Below, piece after piece: positions 1 to 8,735 of a DNA stretch of 64,000 nt. The DNA comes from Escherichia phage ECO4. The position numbers and the translations under genes were made by a program. The stretch lies in the sequence record NC_054911.1. The stretch is one strand, 5' to 3'. Position 1 is the stretch's first letter. Each line of letters starts with the position of its first letter. The notes under the pieces were generated by a model, which was not told the DNA's origin, did no database searches, and saw only the letters and a list, made by a program, of their open reading frames with translations.

Positions 1-828
1 GAGAATAAATGGAGCGTCTTGAAGTGGATAGACTAAGTCACCAGTTTTGTAAATTTCCAATAGTTGGAGTCCACCACGGCAAGCATGACTCAGAGCTTTC
101 CAGTCAATGCCCTCATTCGCTTCAGCCTTACGAGCACGTTCGCCGTATTCAGCATCAAGTTTATTCAAAGACTGCTTAAGCTCAATAAGAGAAAGCGTTG
201 TTTGATATTTACGACCCAACACAGTGTAGAACGTTTGTGGACCTGTTTTCTCATGATTATGGAATACCCATTCACAGAATTCGTTCTCTGGAAGACGATG
301 CTTAATATCTTCAACTTTAGTTCGACGCTGCTTAATGGAACCGTCTTCTTGGTAATCAACCCATTGCTCAGGGATTTGATTAACTACTTTCAACACATCA
401 CGTAATGCGGCCAAACGAGAACCCTTAACACCGTATTTAGAAGCTTGCTTGCGAACATATCCTAAGTAGGATTTCATGTTGGTCGTATAAAAACGAGAAC
501 GGTTGTCTTGAATAAACTTCCATACATCAGGCAAATCAGATTTAACTACTAGTTCCGGTGGAGTGTGGAGCATATCCAATGCTACAGTTTCACCATCTGC
601 TGCTAATTTAAAGAAATACTTAAGACTGTATAGTTCATGGTCAATATCATCTTTAGTGTTTTTAGATGATGTGTTGTTAGTGTTTTTACTCATATGCTCT
701 TTAACATTTCCAATAAGAATATCGCGAGCAGGAGGAACAAAGATTTCTTTAAAATCTACATCAGATTCTGGAGTAGAAGTTCCATAAAGATGACTACCAA
801 AATAGCTTTTCATTACTGTTTTCATCAT
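1..828 (-). CDS. nucleotidyltransferase-like protein, partial (C-terminus beyond window start)
   Basis: Open frame runs off the window start; ATG at 826-828 overlaps the upstream stop (ATGA); N-terminus MMKTVMKSYFGSHLYGTSTPESDVDF carries a G-S-x9-D-x-D motif typical of Pol-beta-superfamily nucleotidyltransferases. Confidence 0.5.
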   Translation of the reverse strand, partial: MMKTVMKSYFGSHLYGTSTPESDVDFKEIFVPPARDILIGNVKEHMSKNTNNTSSKNTKDDIDHELYSLKYFFKLAADGETVALDMLHTPPELVVKSDLPDVWKFIQDNRSRFYTTNMKSYLGYVRKQASKYGVKGSRLAALRDVLKVVNQIPEQWVDYQEDGSIKQRRTKVEDIKHRLPENEFCEWVFHNHEKTGPQTFYTVLGRKYQTTLSLIELKQSLNKLDAEYGERARKAEANEGIDWKALSHACRGGLQLLEIYKTGDLVYPLQDAPFIL

Positions 829-1286
829 TCAGCCTTATATTCAATAACAGGACATACTTTAGCTTTACGAGCTTTTAAAAATTCAACGATAATCGATTTC
901 TTGGGTTGAATAGGAGGTAAACCTTTATACGCTCTATCAATATTTTCTACGTGTAAAGCATAATCCTTTTTCCATTTATAATCTTTATATTTTTCACGCA
1001 AATGTGCAGGAATAACAAATGAACAGATAATAAGTAAAACAACCAAAAGCGCAAGTATAAATGCCGATGGAAGAAGAGTCCATAAACTACCAAAAATAAG
1101 CCAACGTTGTAAACTTTCTGCACAGATAATTGTTAGCCCTACGAGTATAGCACATCCAAAAATAGAAACGAAAAATGTAGGAATGGCAATAGACCAAAAA
1201 TATGCGCATAGTGTCTTAGGTCGTTGCCATTCATCGTTAAACAATTTGAATAATTTATAGTGCCAAGAGTTTTCATTAATAATCAT
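825..1286 (-). CDS. membrane protein, 153 aa, several hydrophobic helices
   Basis: ORF track; long hydrophobic stretches. Confidence 0.5.
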   Translation of the reverse strand: MIINENSWHYKLFKLFNDEWQRPKTLCAYFWSIAIPTFFVSIFGCAILVGLTIICAESLQRWLIFGSLWTLLPSAFILALLVVLLIICSFVIPAHLREKYKDYKWKKDYALHVENIDRAYKGLPPIQPKKSIIVEFLKARKAKVCPVIEYKAE

Positions 1287-1288
1287 AA

Positions 1289-1540
1289 TTATCCTTTCAT
1301 TGAAGGCGTAACGGTTGTTAAATACTTAATCATAGCTTCAGCTTCTGATTTTGACAATGAAATTTCTCCATTGTTTTGACGAATAGAAATAAAATCCGGA
1401 TGACGGTCACCACCAGCTTTTAAAACACACATATAAGTATCAGTTTCGCCTTCAATATTTGAAATGATTGAAGCAGTTCCACATGAATGCGGTTTTTGAT
1501 AAATCAATACAGCTTTTCTTCCGCCATTTGGACTGCTCAT
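1289..1540 (-). CDS. hypothetical protein (start uncertain, overlaps the upstream ORF by about 90 nt)
   Basis: ORF track; ATG at 1538-1540. Confidence 0.3.
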   Translation of the reverse strand: MSSPNGGRKAVLIYQKPHSCGTASIISNIEGETDTYMCVLKAGGDRHPDFISIRQNNGEISLSKSEAEAMIKYLTTVTPSMKG

Positions 1541-1811
1541 AGGCTTTTAATACATCAAACAAATCAGTTCTTTTATCAATAGCTAAAATGTTATTTTCAT
1601 CTTCAATGTTAAATCCTTCGGATACTTCATAAAGTGTCACCCATAAATCGCCAATATCAATAACAGCGTTCACTTTTCCATGACTTTCAAGAGCATGACA
1701 AATTTTCTTGATTTCGTCATAACTCATTTTAATAATATCATCTCCTTGAATAAGAAAGATGTCATTTTTAAATTCAACACGAATTAAACCACTTCCACTT
1801 GAAATAAACAT
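1452..1811 (-). CDS. hypothetical protein, 119 aa
   Basis: ORF track; GAGGA Shine-Dalgarno upstream of the ATG. Confidence 0.5.
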   Translation of the reverse strand: MFISSGSGLIRVEFKNDIFLIQGDDIIKMSYDEIKKICHALESHGKVNAVIDIGDLWVTLYEVSEGFNIEDENNILAIDKRTDLFDVLKAYEQSKWRKKSCIDLSKTAFMWNCFNHFKY

Positions 1812-2032
1812 ATTTCCTCACTTTGAAATCATAGTTGGAATGACAGAATCAAGATAAGTCTTTAGCGCAATAGCTTCGTCTTTGGTAAATGTGACAATAT
1901 GTGATCGAAAATCGTCAATTTGGCGAATAGTTAAGACATCTCCCTCTTCATAACATTTTGATACATTTAAAAGAGTTTCATCATTCTGATTGCAAGCGTT
2001 AGTAATAATAGCATTGCAATTTTTGAGCCATT

Positions 2033-2371
2033 TTAAACTATGTTTTCTTTCATTAGAATAATAAAATATTTAATCTTAGCTATAAAACTATCCCAATGGA
2101 TAACTGATAAACACATTGACTCGCTTTTAATATTAAATCCTGGGCATGAAGAATAAAAATGAATTTTATGCTCATCATTAATGCTTACAATTTTATCAGT
2201 GTAAGCATATTCAATTTGAGTTAAACGAACAATTTCACTAGGTGTAAAATACAGCATATCGTCTTCTTGCGTCAAACGATACATATTATTTACTTTTTCT
2301 ATAGCCAATTCACCAAAAAGTGGACTAACTTCTAATACTAATCGTTTCATATTAATCCTTTTTATTGGCAC
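2033..2371 (-). CDS. hypothetical protein, 112 aa
   Basis: ORF track; same orientation and tight packing with neighbours. Confidence 0.45.
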   Translation of the reverse strand: MPIKRINMKRLVLEVSPLFGELAIEKVNNMYRLTQEDDMLYFTPSEIVRLTQIEYAYTDKIVSINDEHKIHFYSSCPGFNIKSESMCLSVIHWDSFIAKIKYFIILMKENIV

Positions 2372-2630
2372 GAATTTGTTCTAAAATTTTAGAGTATTCC
2401 TTTGTATCAGATTTACGTACAATCGATACACTATACGGCATACTATCGGTGTCTTTTATAAAGCGTTCCAAATGACATTCTAATAAAATTTCTGGATTAT
2501 AAATCGTGTACATCAAATTACCTGTTGCTCCACGATATTGACAGATTTCTACTGATTGAACACCATTCCATAATTTTGTTAAGACCAAATCACCTACTTC
2601 TAATTTAGGAAAGCCCATGTTATTCACCAA
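2352..2630 (-). CDS. hypothetical protein, 92 aa
   Basis: ORF track. Confidence 0.45.
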   Translation of the reverse strand: MVNNMGFPKLEVGDLVLTKLWNGVQSVEICQYRGATGNLMYTIYNPEILLECHLERFIKDTDSMPYSVSIVRKSDTKEYSKILEQIRANKKD

Positions 2631-2805
2631 TTAAAGTTTCAATATAAGAATCAAGATTTACTTTAGCTTCTTCCATAAGAGTTTTGTATTTAATCTTGTT
2701 GGCATGTCCGGAGAAAGCTGATTCATCAATAATTGTTGATGTATGAACAGCTTTACTATACGTCTCAATTAATTCTCTTAATTTAAAAGCCTGCTCACTT
2801 GTCAT
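2620..2805 (-). CDS. hypothetical protein, 61 aa
   Basis: ORF track; ATG at 2803-2805. Confidence 0.4.
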   Translation of the reverse strand: MTSEQAFKLRELIETYSKAVHTSTIIDESAFSGHANKIKYKTLMEEAKVNLDSYIETLIGE

Positions 2806-2909
2806 TACATACTCCTCTGAATCATATCAATAATGTTGTTCACCAGATTATAAGTAAACATTGGGTAATTATATTGAATCATCACATACACAACAAACAA
2901 AACTTTCAT
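2805..2909 (-). CDS. small hydrophobic peptide, 34 aa (MKVLFVVYVMIQ...), not in ORF track
   Basis: Manual translation; strong SD AAGGAGAAGAGA before the ATG; stop overlaps the next start codon. Confidence 0.3.
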   Translation of the reverse strand: MKVLFVVYVMIQYNYPMFTYNLVNNIIDMIQRSM

Positions 2910-2937
2910 TCTCTTCTCCTTGGCAGTTGACAAGATT

Positions 2938-2967
2938 ACTATACCATAACCTTGTCAACTTGTAAAC
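2938..2967 (-). promoter_or_regulatory. T4-type early promoter (-35 GTTTAC, 18-nt spacer, -10 TATAGT)
   Basis: Reverse complement of 2938-2967 read directly. Confidence 0.55.
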
Positions 2968-2969
2968 CA

Positions 2970-3125
2970 TTAAATGACGTTTTCGATAAAATTCTGAAGC
3001 TTTGTATGAGCATCAACCATGATTTTCATTTCTTCTTTGGCAAAAGCTGTGCCTCTTTCACGAGAAGAACATTCATAGTCAGAAACTGCATTAGCATATT
3101 CTTCAATTAGCTTCATTAAAAACAT
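2970..3125 (-). CDS. small ORF, about 51 aa, not in ORF track
   Basis: Manual translation of the minus strand (MFLMKLIEEYANAVSDYECSS...). Confidence 0.25.
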   Translation of the reverse strand: MFLMKLIEEYANAVSDYECSSRERGTAFAKEEMKIMVDAHTKLQNFIENVI

Positions 3126-3132
3126 CTGCTTT

Positions 3133-3327
3133 TCAGTTTTCATTATTCCACCTAATCATTTCAAGATATTGAACTAACTTAGCTTTAGATTTATCCAAAT
3201 CCTTTTTAGCTGTTGCTATACCTTCGTATGAATATCCTTCGCAATGCTCAACTGCTAATTGATATGAATCTATTTCAACATCGCGTGCTAATTTAATGAT
3301 TTTTTCAAACTGTTCGTGTGTTAGCAT
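3133..3327 (-). CDS. hypothetical protein, 64 aa
   Basis: ORF track. Confidence 0.4.
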   Translation of the reverse strand: MLTHEQFEKIIKLARDVEIDSYQLAVEHCEGYSYEGIATAKKDLDKSKAKLVQYLEMIRWNNEN

Positions 3328-3329
3328 AC

Positions 3330-3569
3330 TTAAACTCTCGTATTATGATCGATAATTTCATCAAGAAACATATCTAACGCTTCTAAAGCATTATCAACTT
3401 TAGCTTCAAAGTCTTTAATGCCTTTATTTGCAATGCCTGACGAAAACCAAGCAAAGTCACTAAGTTCCTCATCTGCTTTACGAATTAAAGCTACCAATTC
3501 CTTAATTTTATCCGCTTGTTCGATACTAATCATTATTCCACCACATATGAAAGAGAGAATATTGCACAT
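3330..3569 (-). CDS. hypothetical protein (79 aa, or 67 aa from the internal Met)
   Basis: ORF track. Confidence 0.4.
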
Positions 3570-3721
3570 GCCATGTGAGTTGCAACTTCATCACACATAT
3601 TATAACGTTTCTTAAGAAGTTCTACAAGTTCTTCACTGGTAACTTCATCCATGTCGACGAAAAAATCACCATTAATGATGACGTAGATATTTCCTTCTTG
3701 ATTAAGTGCTTCAATTTTCAT
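3533..3721 (-). CDS. hypothetical protein, 62 aa (MKIEALNQ...)
   Basis: Track ORF 3533-3868 trimmed to the Met that follows the early promoter at 3750-3779. Confidence 0.4.
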
Positions 3722-3749
3722 GATGTTCTCCTCTTTATCCGATGGTTGT

Positions 3750-3779
3750 ATAGTATCACAGCTCAAACGGAAAGTAAAC
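3750..3779 (-). promoter_or_regulatory. T4-type early promoter (-35 GTTTAC, 18-nt spacer, -10 TACTAT with TGa extension)
   Basis: Read directly. Confidence 0.55.
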
Positions 3780-3793
3780 CGGTAAAATGAAAA

Positions 3794-3811
3794 AGTCTCC
3801 CGAAGGAGACT
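3794..3811 (-). terminator. intrinsic terminator hairpin (UUCG tetraloop on the minus strand) followed by a T-run
   Basis: AGTCTCC-CGAA-GGAGACT with A5 upstream on the plus strand. Confidence 0.55.
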
Positions 3812-3815
3812 AATG

Positions 3816-4202
3816 TTATTCGAGGGAAAGAAGATACTTACTCTGGTAAAACATCCCAGTAATATCATCTATCGTGCTTTGAATGGCTGGAGGCATTTCT
3901 TTATAAATGCTGTTAGATTGGTCTAGTATGCGATCAATCATTTTAATTGTGTCGGTAGGAAGTTTACTGGCATCTGGAATTGAAGGCGTGTATTTTCTAC
4001 CAGAATACCCCAAATATTGCTCACCAAATTTATCAATCAAATCTGGCAATTCGGAGAAAATAAAATCGTATGCTTTGTGTCTAGCATAACTTTTAGTTTC
4101 AAAATGCGCAGAATGAAAATAAGCTTGTGCAGCCATTAATAAACCTAAGTATTCATCTGCCTTTGAAGGTTTTCCACTTTGTGAAAAGTCGCTGAATTTC
4201 AT
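3816..4202 (-). CDS. hypothetical protein, 128 aa
   Basis: ORF track; immediately downstream of rI. Confidence 0.5.
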
Positions 4203-4492
4203 TCAGTCTCCAATTTAATGTTCATAATTCTAGCGTATGATTGTGCCATCTCCGCGCCTCGTTCTATACATTCAAAATCAGAAGAGCACGGGTCATTTTT
4301 ATAGGTCGTTCTCATAAAACTATAGAACTGTTCAGATGATTCTACGCTTTTATTTTCAAAAAGCATATAAACATGTCTAATACCAGATTCCATAAATTTA
4401 TCAAAATGAGGATCGACATTCGCTTCAATTGGTGGAGATAAAGCAAATGACAATCCTAGCATGGCAAATAGTGCCGTTGCTTTTAAGGCCAT
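4199..4492 (-). CDS. rI: lysis-inhibition regulator RI-like periplasmic protein, 97 aa
   Basis: N-terminal signal-anchor (MALKATALFAMLGLSFALSPPIEA), length equals T4 RI, position next to tk. Confidence 0.7.
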   Translation of the reverse strand: MALKATALFAMLGLSFALSPPIEANVDPHFDKFMESGIRHVYMLFENKSVESSEQFYSFMRTTYKNDPCSSDFECIERGAEMAQSYARIMNIKLETE

Positions 4493-4504
4493 AAAGGCCT
4501 CCTA

Positions 4505-4717
4505 TCATTTTTGTCCTGTATTTACTTTATGCCGATGCACGGCCTTAACTTTATCAAGGTATTTTTCAAAATTTCGCAATCTAGTATAGTCTGCCGGAGA
4601 TTGGTTGAGTGATACTTCTCGACGCAAAGCTGAAATGATATTTCCAACTTCCCTACGAATTTCATCTAATTGAAGCACAGTAAGATTGCGAAGTTGCTTT
4701 TCAGTTAATTGTAGCAT
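4505..4717 (-). CDS. hypothetical protein, 70 aa
   Basis: ORF track; ATG at 4715-4717 downstream of a late promoter. Confidence 0.45.
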
Positions 4718-4742
4718 ATATACCCCTTTAGTTAGATAAACC

Positions 4743-4750
4743 TATTTATA
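4743..4750 (-). promoter_or_regulatory. T4-type late promoter -10 element (TATAAATA on the minus strand)
   Basis: Plus strand reads TATTTATA, about 26 nt upstream of the 4717 start. Confidence 0.5.
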
Positions 4751-4759
4751 ACTTTTGCA

Positions 4760-5341
4760 CTAACCGAGCTTTTTAGTTAATTCATTCCAATGTTTTCTAC
4801 ACAAAGAAACATAAATTTCATCACCAATACAGATTTGATTACCTTCTTTAACTGGTGTTCCATCTTCCATTAATCGAGCTGTCATAATCGCTTTTTTGCC
4901 GCAATGACAAACTGCCTTTAGTTCAATAAGTTTATCTGCAATCGCTAAAAGTTCTTTAGAACCTTCAAACAATTTTCCAGCGAAATCAGTCCTTAATCCA
5001 TAAGCCATAACAGGAACATTATATGTATCAACAATTCGACTTAATTGATGCACCTGTTCAGTTTTTAAAAACTGAGCTTCATCTACAAATACGCAATGAA
5101 TATCTTTTTGTGCTTCAGCCCATTTATAGAACTCGAAAATATCCATATCATCTGTAATAATATTCGCTTCCTGTTTAATTCCAATGCGAGAAACAACTTC
5201 ACAGACAGAATCGCGAGTATCAATAGCAGGCTTAAGAACTAATACACTCATTCCACGTTCTTTATAATTATGTGCAGCAGTCAAAAGAGAAGCAGATTTT
5301 CCAGCATTCATTGCTGCATAAGTAAAAATTAAACTCGCCAT
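4760..5341 (-). CDS. tk: thymidine kinase
   Basis: 193 aa; P-loop MNAGKS; C-terminal zinc cysteines; length equals T4 Tk. Confidence 0.9.
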   Translation of the reverse strand: MASLIFTYAAMNAGKSASLLTAAHNYKERGMSVLVLKPAIDTRDSVCEVVSRIGIKQEANIITDDMDIFEFYKWAEAQKDIHCVFVDEAQFLKTEQVHQLSRIVDTYNVPVMAYGLRTDFAGKLFEGSKELLAIADKLIELKAVCHCGKKAIMTARLMEDGTPVKEGNQICIGDEIYVSLCRKHWNELTKKLG

Positions 5342-5350
5342 ATCACCTTC

Positions 5351-5536
5351 TTAAAGCGTATTCACATAAGCTATTAATTCATTTTCTTTCTTATCAAACC
5401 GATCAGCAAATTCTTCCTGCTGTTCGGGAGATAGCGGGCCGTATTCATCATAAAAGGTGTTTGCTTCTGTATGCTCATCTAGAAGTTCATGGATAAGCTC
5501 AAACAATTTATCTTTTTGTTCTTTGCTTAGACTCAC
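5351..5536 (-). CDS. hypothetical protein, 61 aa (GTG start)
   Basis: ORF track. Confidence 0.4.
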   Translation of the reverse strand: MSLSKEQKDKLFELIHELLDEHTEANTFYDEYGPLSPEQQEEFADRFDKKENELIAYVNTL

Positions 5537-5709
5537 AGTATGTCAATCCCCAAAAGTTTTAAAATGACTCGTTTCTGATTCATAACCGCTACGATTGAAT
5601 GACCGTTGTGGTCTTTTTGACCTGATCCAATTATAAATCCTTTTTGCGCAGAAAGTTCAATCAAAACATCAAGTTCACGTAATAATTGATATTTTAAATC
5701 ATCATTCAT
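5533..5709 (-). CDS. small ORF, about 58 aa (MNDDLKYQLLRELDVL...), not in ORF track
   Basis: Manual translation; ATG overlaps the upstream stop (ATGA). Confidence 0.3.
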   Translation of the reverse strand: MNDDLKYQLLRELDVLIELSAQKGFIIGSGQKDHNGHSIVAVMNQKRVILKLLGIDIL

Positions 5710-5933
5710 TTTGGTTTACCTTCTTTAACGAAATCAGGATAAGGATAAAATCCCGAATAAAATCCTTCACCTTTATGATTGATGCATCCTTTATTAGAAC
5801 AATAGCACCAATAATCGAAATCACAAGCCATTTCATCGTTGCATAAAGCAAAAACAACCGGCCACTTACACTTTTCACAGTGGGCATTTTTAAGAATACT
5901 AGTTTGGCTCATAACCATGTAACCTTTAAGCAA
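5706..5933 (-). CDS. cysteine-rich small protein, 75 aa, probable zinc-binding
   Basis: ORF track; multiple C-x2-C pairs. Confidence 0.45.
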   Translation of the reverse strand: MLKGYMVMSQTSILKNAHCEKCKWPVVFALCNDEMACDFDYWCYCSNKGCINHKGEGFYSGFYPYPDFVKEGKPK

Positions 5934-6121
5934 TATTCTTCTACATGTTGTTTACGACCTTTCTTATCAATAAAGGTATATTCAACGAATGTTCCAATGT
6001 AGTCTTTATCTACATCATGTGGACTATTAATTGGACATTTAGTACGGCAAATGCGTTCCCATTGACGAATAATTTCCACTTTGTTTTTAGGATCAAACGG
6101 ATGTGGGTAATGTACTTTCAT
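5909..6121 (-). CDS. hypothetical protein, 70 aa
   Basis: ORF track. Confidence 0.4.
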   Translation of the reverse strand: MKVHYPHPFDPKNKVEIIRQWERICRTKCPINSPHDVDKDYIGTFVEYTFIDKKGRKQHVEEYCLKVTWL

Positions 6122-6572
6122 AATCCACCACTATTAAATCAATATCAGGAGTAAACATGTCGATTAATTTAGAAACCTTATCCCAATCGCCGCCAGCAAT
6201 ACCACAACCTATGCGTGGAATGTAAATTACTGGTTTAAACAAAAGGGTTTCTGCCTGTAGATTTAATTCTATCATGCAGTTTACTAAAGCACCATAATCA
6301 AGATTAGGACCTGGTTCGTATTGCGTGTACAAGTTATAACATATGCCAAAACCATTAGGTTTATGTTTAAAAACAATAGACATATCGCCTAATTTATCAC
6401 GAGAACCGTACTCAGTAGTGGTTTTATCTATTTCTAAAATTTTGGGATAGGCTCTTGCTAATTGACCCGCTACACCTGAACCCATAGTATGAAAACAATT
6501 GCACCCGTGCGCAATAATATTACCTTGAAGAAATAGGGCGACAATATCGCCCTTGATATATTTTACAATCAT
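6093..6572 (-). CDS. macro-domain protein (ADP-ribose binding/processing fold), 159 aa
   Basis: Motifs KGDIV...GNIIAHGCNCFHTMGSGVAGQL and IPRIGCGIAGGDW resemble macro-domain signatures; ATG at 6570-6572. Confidence 0.6.
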   Translation of the reverse strand: MIVKYIKGDIVALFLQGNIIAHGCNCFHTMGSGVAGQLARAYPKILEIDKTTTEYGSRDKLGDMSIVFKHKPNGFGICYNLYTQYEPGPNLDYGALVNCMIELNLQAETLLFKPVIYIPRIGCGIAGGDWDKVSKLIDMFTPDIDLIVVDYESTLPTSV

Positions 6573-6910
6573 CTAGTACTCAATCCTCGATTATAAGAAT
6601 CTACCAAACGGTCAACCATTGAATGACAAGCGGCTTTATCTTTCTCCTCCGCAACTGAACATTCTAAGGTATTCCACTTTTTAGCATATCGTTTTAACAA
6701 TGTATCGTTTTTGTATCTGCTTGATTTATCTCTTTCTCCGTCTTTATATGCATATATTAATTTCTGCGCAAATTCAGCTTGGCATGCTTTATTTTTCCCG
6801 CAATAATCCGCTGCAGTACGGTTTACATACTCTCTAATTTCAGTATATGATGTATCTGCTAACGCAGAAAATGAAATTAATCCTATACATAAAACCAAAA
6901 TTTTAGTCAT
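6569..6910 (-). CDS. secreted cysteine-containing protein with signal peptide, 113 aa
   Basis: N-terminal MTKILVLCIGLISFSALA signal peptide. Confidence 0.5.
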   Translation of the reverse strand: MTKILVLCIGLISFSALADTSYTEIREYVNRTAADYCGKNKACQAEFAQKLIYAYKDGERDKSSRYKNDTLLKRYAKKWNTLECSVAEEKDKAACHSMVDRLVDSYNRGLSTR

Positions 6911-7448
6911 TTACTATTTCCAAAAGTTTATTATTTTTAAGGTAATTAGCCTTTTCTAGGACTTCAGAAGCATATTTAGAACCTGCTTTAACATTCCATC
7001 CCGAATTATAAGAGGATATTGCTTTTCTTATATCGCCCTTATGTATATTTAACCAATAAGAAAGTTCAATGTACGCCCAGGAAGCTGAATTGGACCGTTT
7101 ATTCAACATTCTTTTTATTTCAGCATCGGTCATATTATAACCAAGTTCCTTAACTCTTGCTCGCATAGTAGGCAAATAATTTTGGAACATTCCATAAGCG
7201 TGATGCTTTGGTTTAGATTTTAAATTAACTCCGCCAGAGCTTTCTTGCCATAAAATAGCAGCCATTATATGACCTAATCCGCTCTTGTGGATATTTTTGT
7301 GTGTTTTATATTTTCCATCCTTAGAAAATTGTTCCCCGAATTGATACGCGTAACGCATGTTATCGAGTTGGACATTACTGAAAGTATGCTCGGAGCTATG
7401 TGCCATCATTGAAATGGCCAATAGACCAGCGAGTAGTGCTTTTCTCAT
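6903..7448 (-). CDS. periplasmic SLT-like lytic transglycosylase, 181 aa
   Basis: Signal peptide plus SLT motifs (AILWQESSGG, HAYGMFQ, SSYNSGW). Confidence 0.6.
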   Translation of the reverse strand: MRKALLAGLLAISMMAHSSEHTFSNVQLDNMRYAYQFGEQFSKDGKYKTHKNIHKSGLGHIMAAILWQESSGGVNLKSKPKHHAYGMFQNYLPTMRARVKELGYNMTDAEIKRMLNKRSNSASWAYIELSYWLNIHKGDIRKAISSYNSGWNVKAGSKYASEVLEKANYLKNNKLLEIVND

Positions 7449-7455
7449 GCTTACC

Positions 7456-7917
7456 TCATTGAGTTTTAATTACTGCTTTAGAAGCCTTTCCTGGTAAACG
7501 ACGACTGTTGATAATTGCCATCCTACATTGAAGTGACGGGTCTTTGAACTTCGCATTAGGTTTACAAACTGTAAATCCAAGCCAAAGATTTCCATCTGTG
7601 ATTTCTAAACGTCCAGGACGATATTCAACCCCATCAATAAAATCCTCGTCAATGTCAGGACGCGGAGGCATACTCAGGAATTCATTAACTTCTAAAACAT
7701 GGTCTTTTATTTTATGGAATAATTCAAAAACATATGTCTCATCAATCTCCCGTTGAATTGCACGATCAAGAAGATGTTGAGAATATTTTAGATGAAACGA
7801 TGAGACTCCTGCTGCTTTTGATGCCTCACGAATCTCATTGTTAATTTGACGAAACTCCGACTCAAAGTGACGACGAAGCTTATTTCGACGGATAAAAACT
7901 TCTGTATTGATAGTCAT
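7456..7917 (-). CDS. regB: RegB site-specific endoribonuclease
   Basis: 153 aa; sequence matches T4 RegB as I recall it; early promoter immediately upstream. Confidence 0.85.
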   Translation of the reverse strand: MTINTEVFIRRNKLRRHFESEFRQINNEIREASKAAGVSSFHLKYSQHLLDRAIQREIDETYVFELFHKIKDHVLEVNEFLSMPPRPDIDEDFIDGVEYRPGRLEITDGNLWLGFTVCKPNAKFKDPSLQCRMAIINSRRLPGKASKAVIKTQ

Positions 7918-7944
7918 GTTATTCTCCTCTTAACTGATAGAAAA

Positions 7945-7974
7945 ATTATACCACAGTCAAGAGGAAAAGTAAAC
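7945..7974 (-). promoter_or_regulatory. T4-type early promoter (-35 GTTTAC, 18-nt spacer, -10 TATAAT)
   Basis: Read directly; about 28 nt upstream of the regB ATG. Confidence 0.6.
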
Positions 7975-7976
7975 AG

Positions 7977-8255
7977 TTATTCTTTAAATCTAATCAATTT
8001 ATTCATAGACTTTGAAACCTCTGCACGAACCTCATGTAGATTTTTGAGCTGTTCAAGACGCTGCTCATAGTAAGCAATTTCATCTTCTTCGAGACAGTCC
8101 TGTGAATCTTCTTTAAGATAACGTGCATAGTCCTGGAAAGCGTTACGAACTACTTCCTGGAAGTCATCAAGACTTTGAATTTTCTTAGGAGCAGCAGATA
8201 CACGACGAGGGGCAGTATAATACTCATAACCAAACCCTGCGCTTAATTGAGCCAT
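7977..8255 (-). CDS. hypothetical protein, 92 aa (track ORF trimmed to first ATG)
   Basis: Track ORF starts at GTG; ATG at 8253-8255 with AGAGGA SD. Confidence 0.45.
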   Translation of the reverse strand: MAQLSAGFGYEYYTAPRRVSAAPKKIQSLDDFQEVVRNAFQDYARYLKEDSQDCLEEDEIAYYEQRLEQLKNLHEVRAEVSKSMNKLIRFKE

Positions 8256-8521
8256 TAGTATTTTTCCTCTGGTTGGAACACTGCGCGACAAGCCCACATA
8301 CTGGCTTCTTTGAGTTTCGTTTTAGCAATAGTTAACTGATCGAGGCTTTCGGCGTAATTCTTCGCGAGTTCATCATCTTCACAGCTATCAAATGCTTCCC
8401 AAAATTCATCGTATAAAGCATCAAAGATAAGTCCTAAACGAACTTCAGCGTCTTTAATAGCATTTACTTTACCGATTTTTTCGTCGGTGTGTGGCTTATA
8501 ACCTTTAATATCTTCAATCAT
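8255..8521 (-). CDS. hypothetical protein, 88 aa (track ORF trimmed to ATG with SD)
   Basis: Track ORF starts at TTG; ATG at 8519-8521 preceded by GAGGAAG. Confidence 0.45.
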   Translation of the reverse strand: MIEDIKGYKPHTDEKIGKVNAIKDAEVRLGLIFDALYDEFWEAFDSCEDDELAKNYAESLDQLTIAKTKLKEASMWACRAVFQPEEKY

Positions 8522-8735
8522 ATTTGACTTCCTCACCAGTGCATAAATCATATTCAACTAAACGAATAGGTTCATGAATGCCATATCCCTGAACAGAAAT
8601 TTCTGTCGTAGGATAAATTCCATTAATATCACCCATGTTCCATGCTTCGTTAAATTGCTGTTCGCCTGAATTACTAAACCACTCGGCGAAAGCATTTAGC
8701 ACATCTTCAGAACCTTCAATAATTATCTTTGCCAT
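8514..8735 (-). CDS. hypothetical protein, 73 aa
   Basis: ORF track; ATG at 8733-8735. Confidence 0.4.
   Translation of the reverse strand: MAKIIIEGSEDVLNAFAEWFSNSGEQQFNEAWNMGDINGIYPTTEISVQGYGIHEPIRLVEYDLCTGEEVKYD

Noticed and set aside
5702-5887. 61-aa alternative-frame ORF overlapping the cysteine-rich gene
   Set aside because: Same strand but a different frame from the 75-aa cysteine-rich ORF, which has the better start context.
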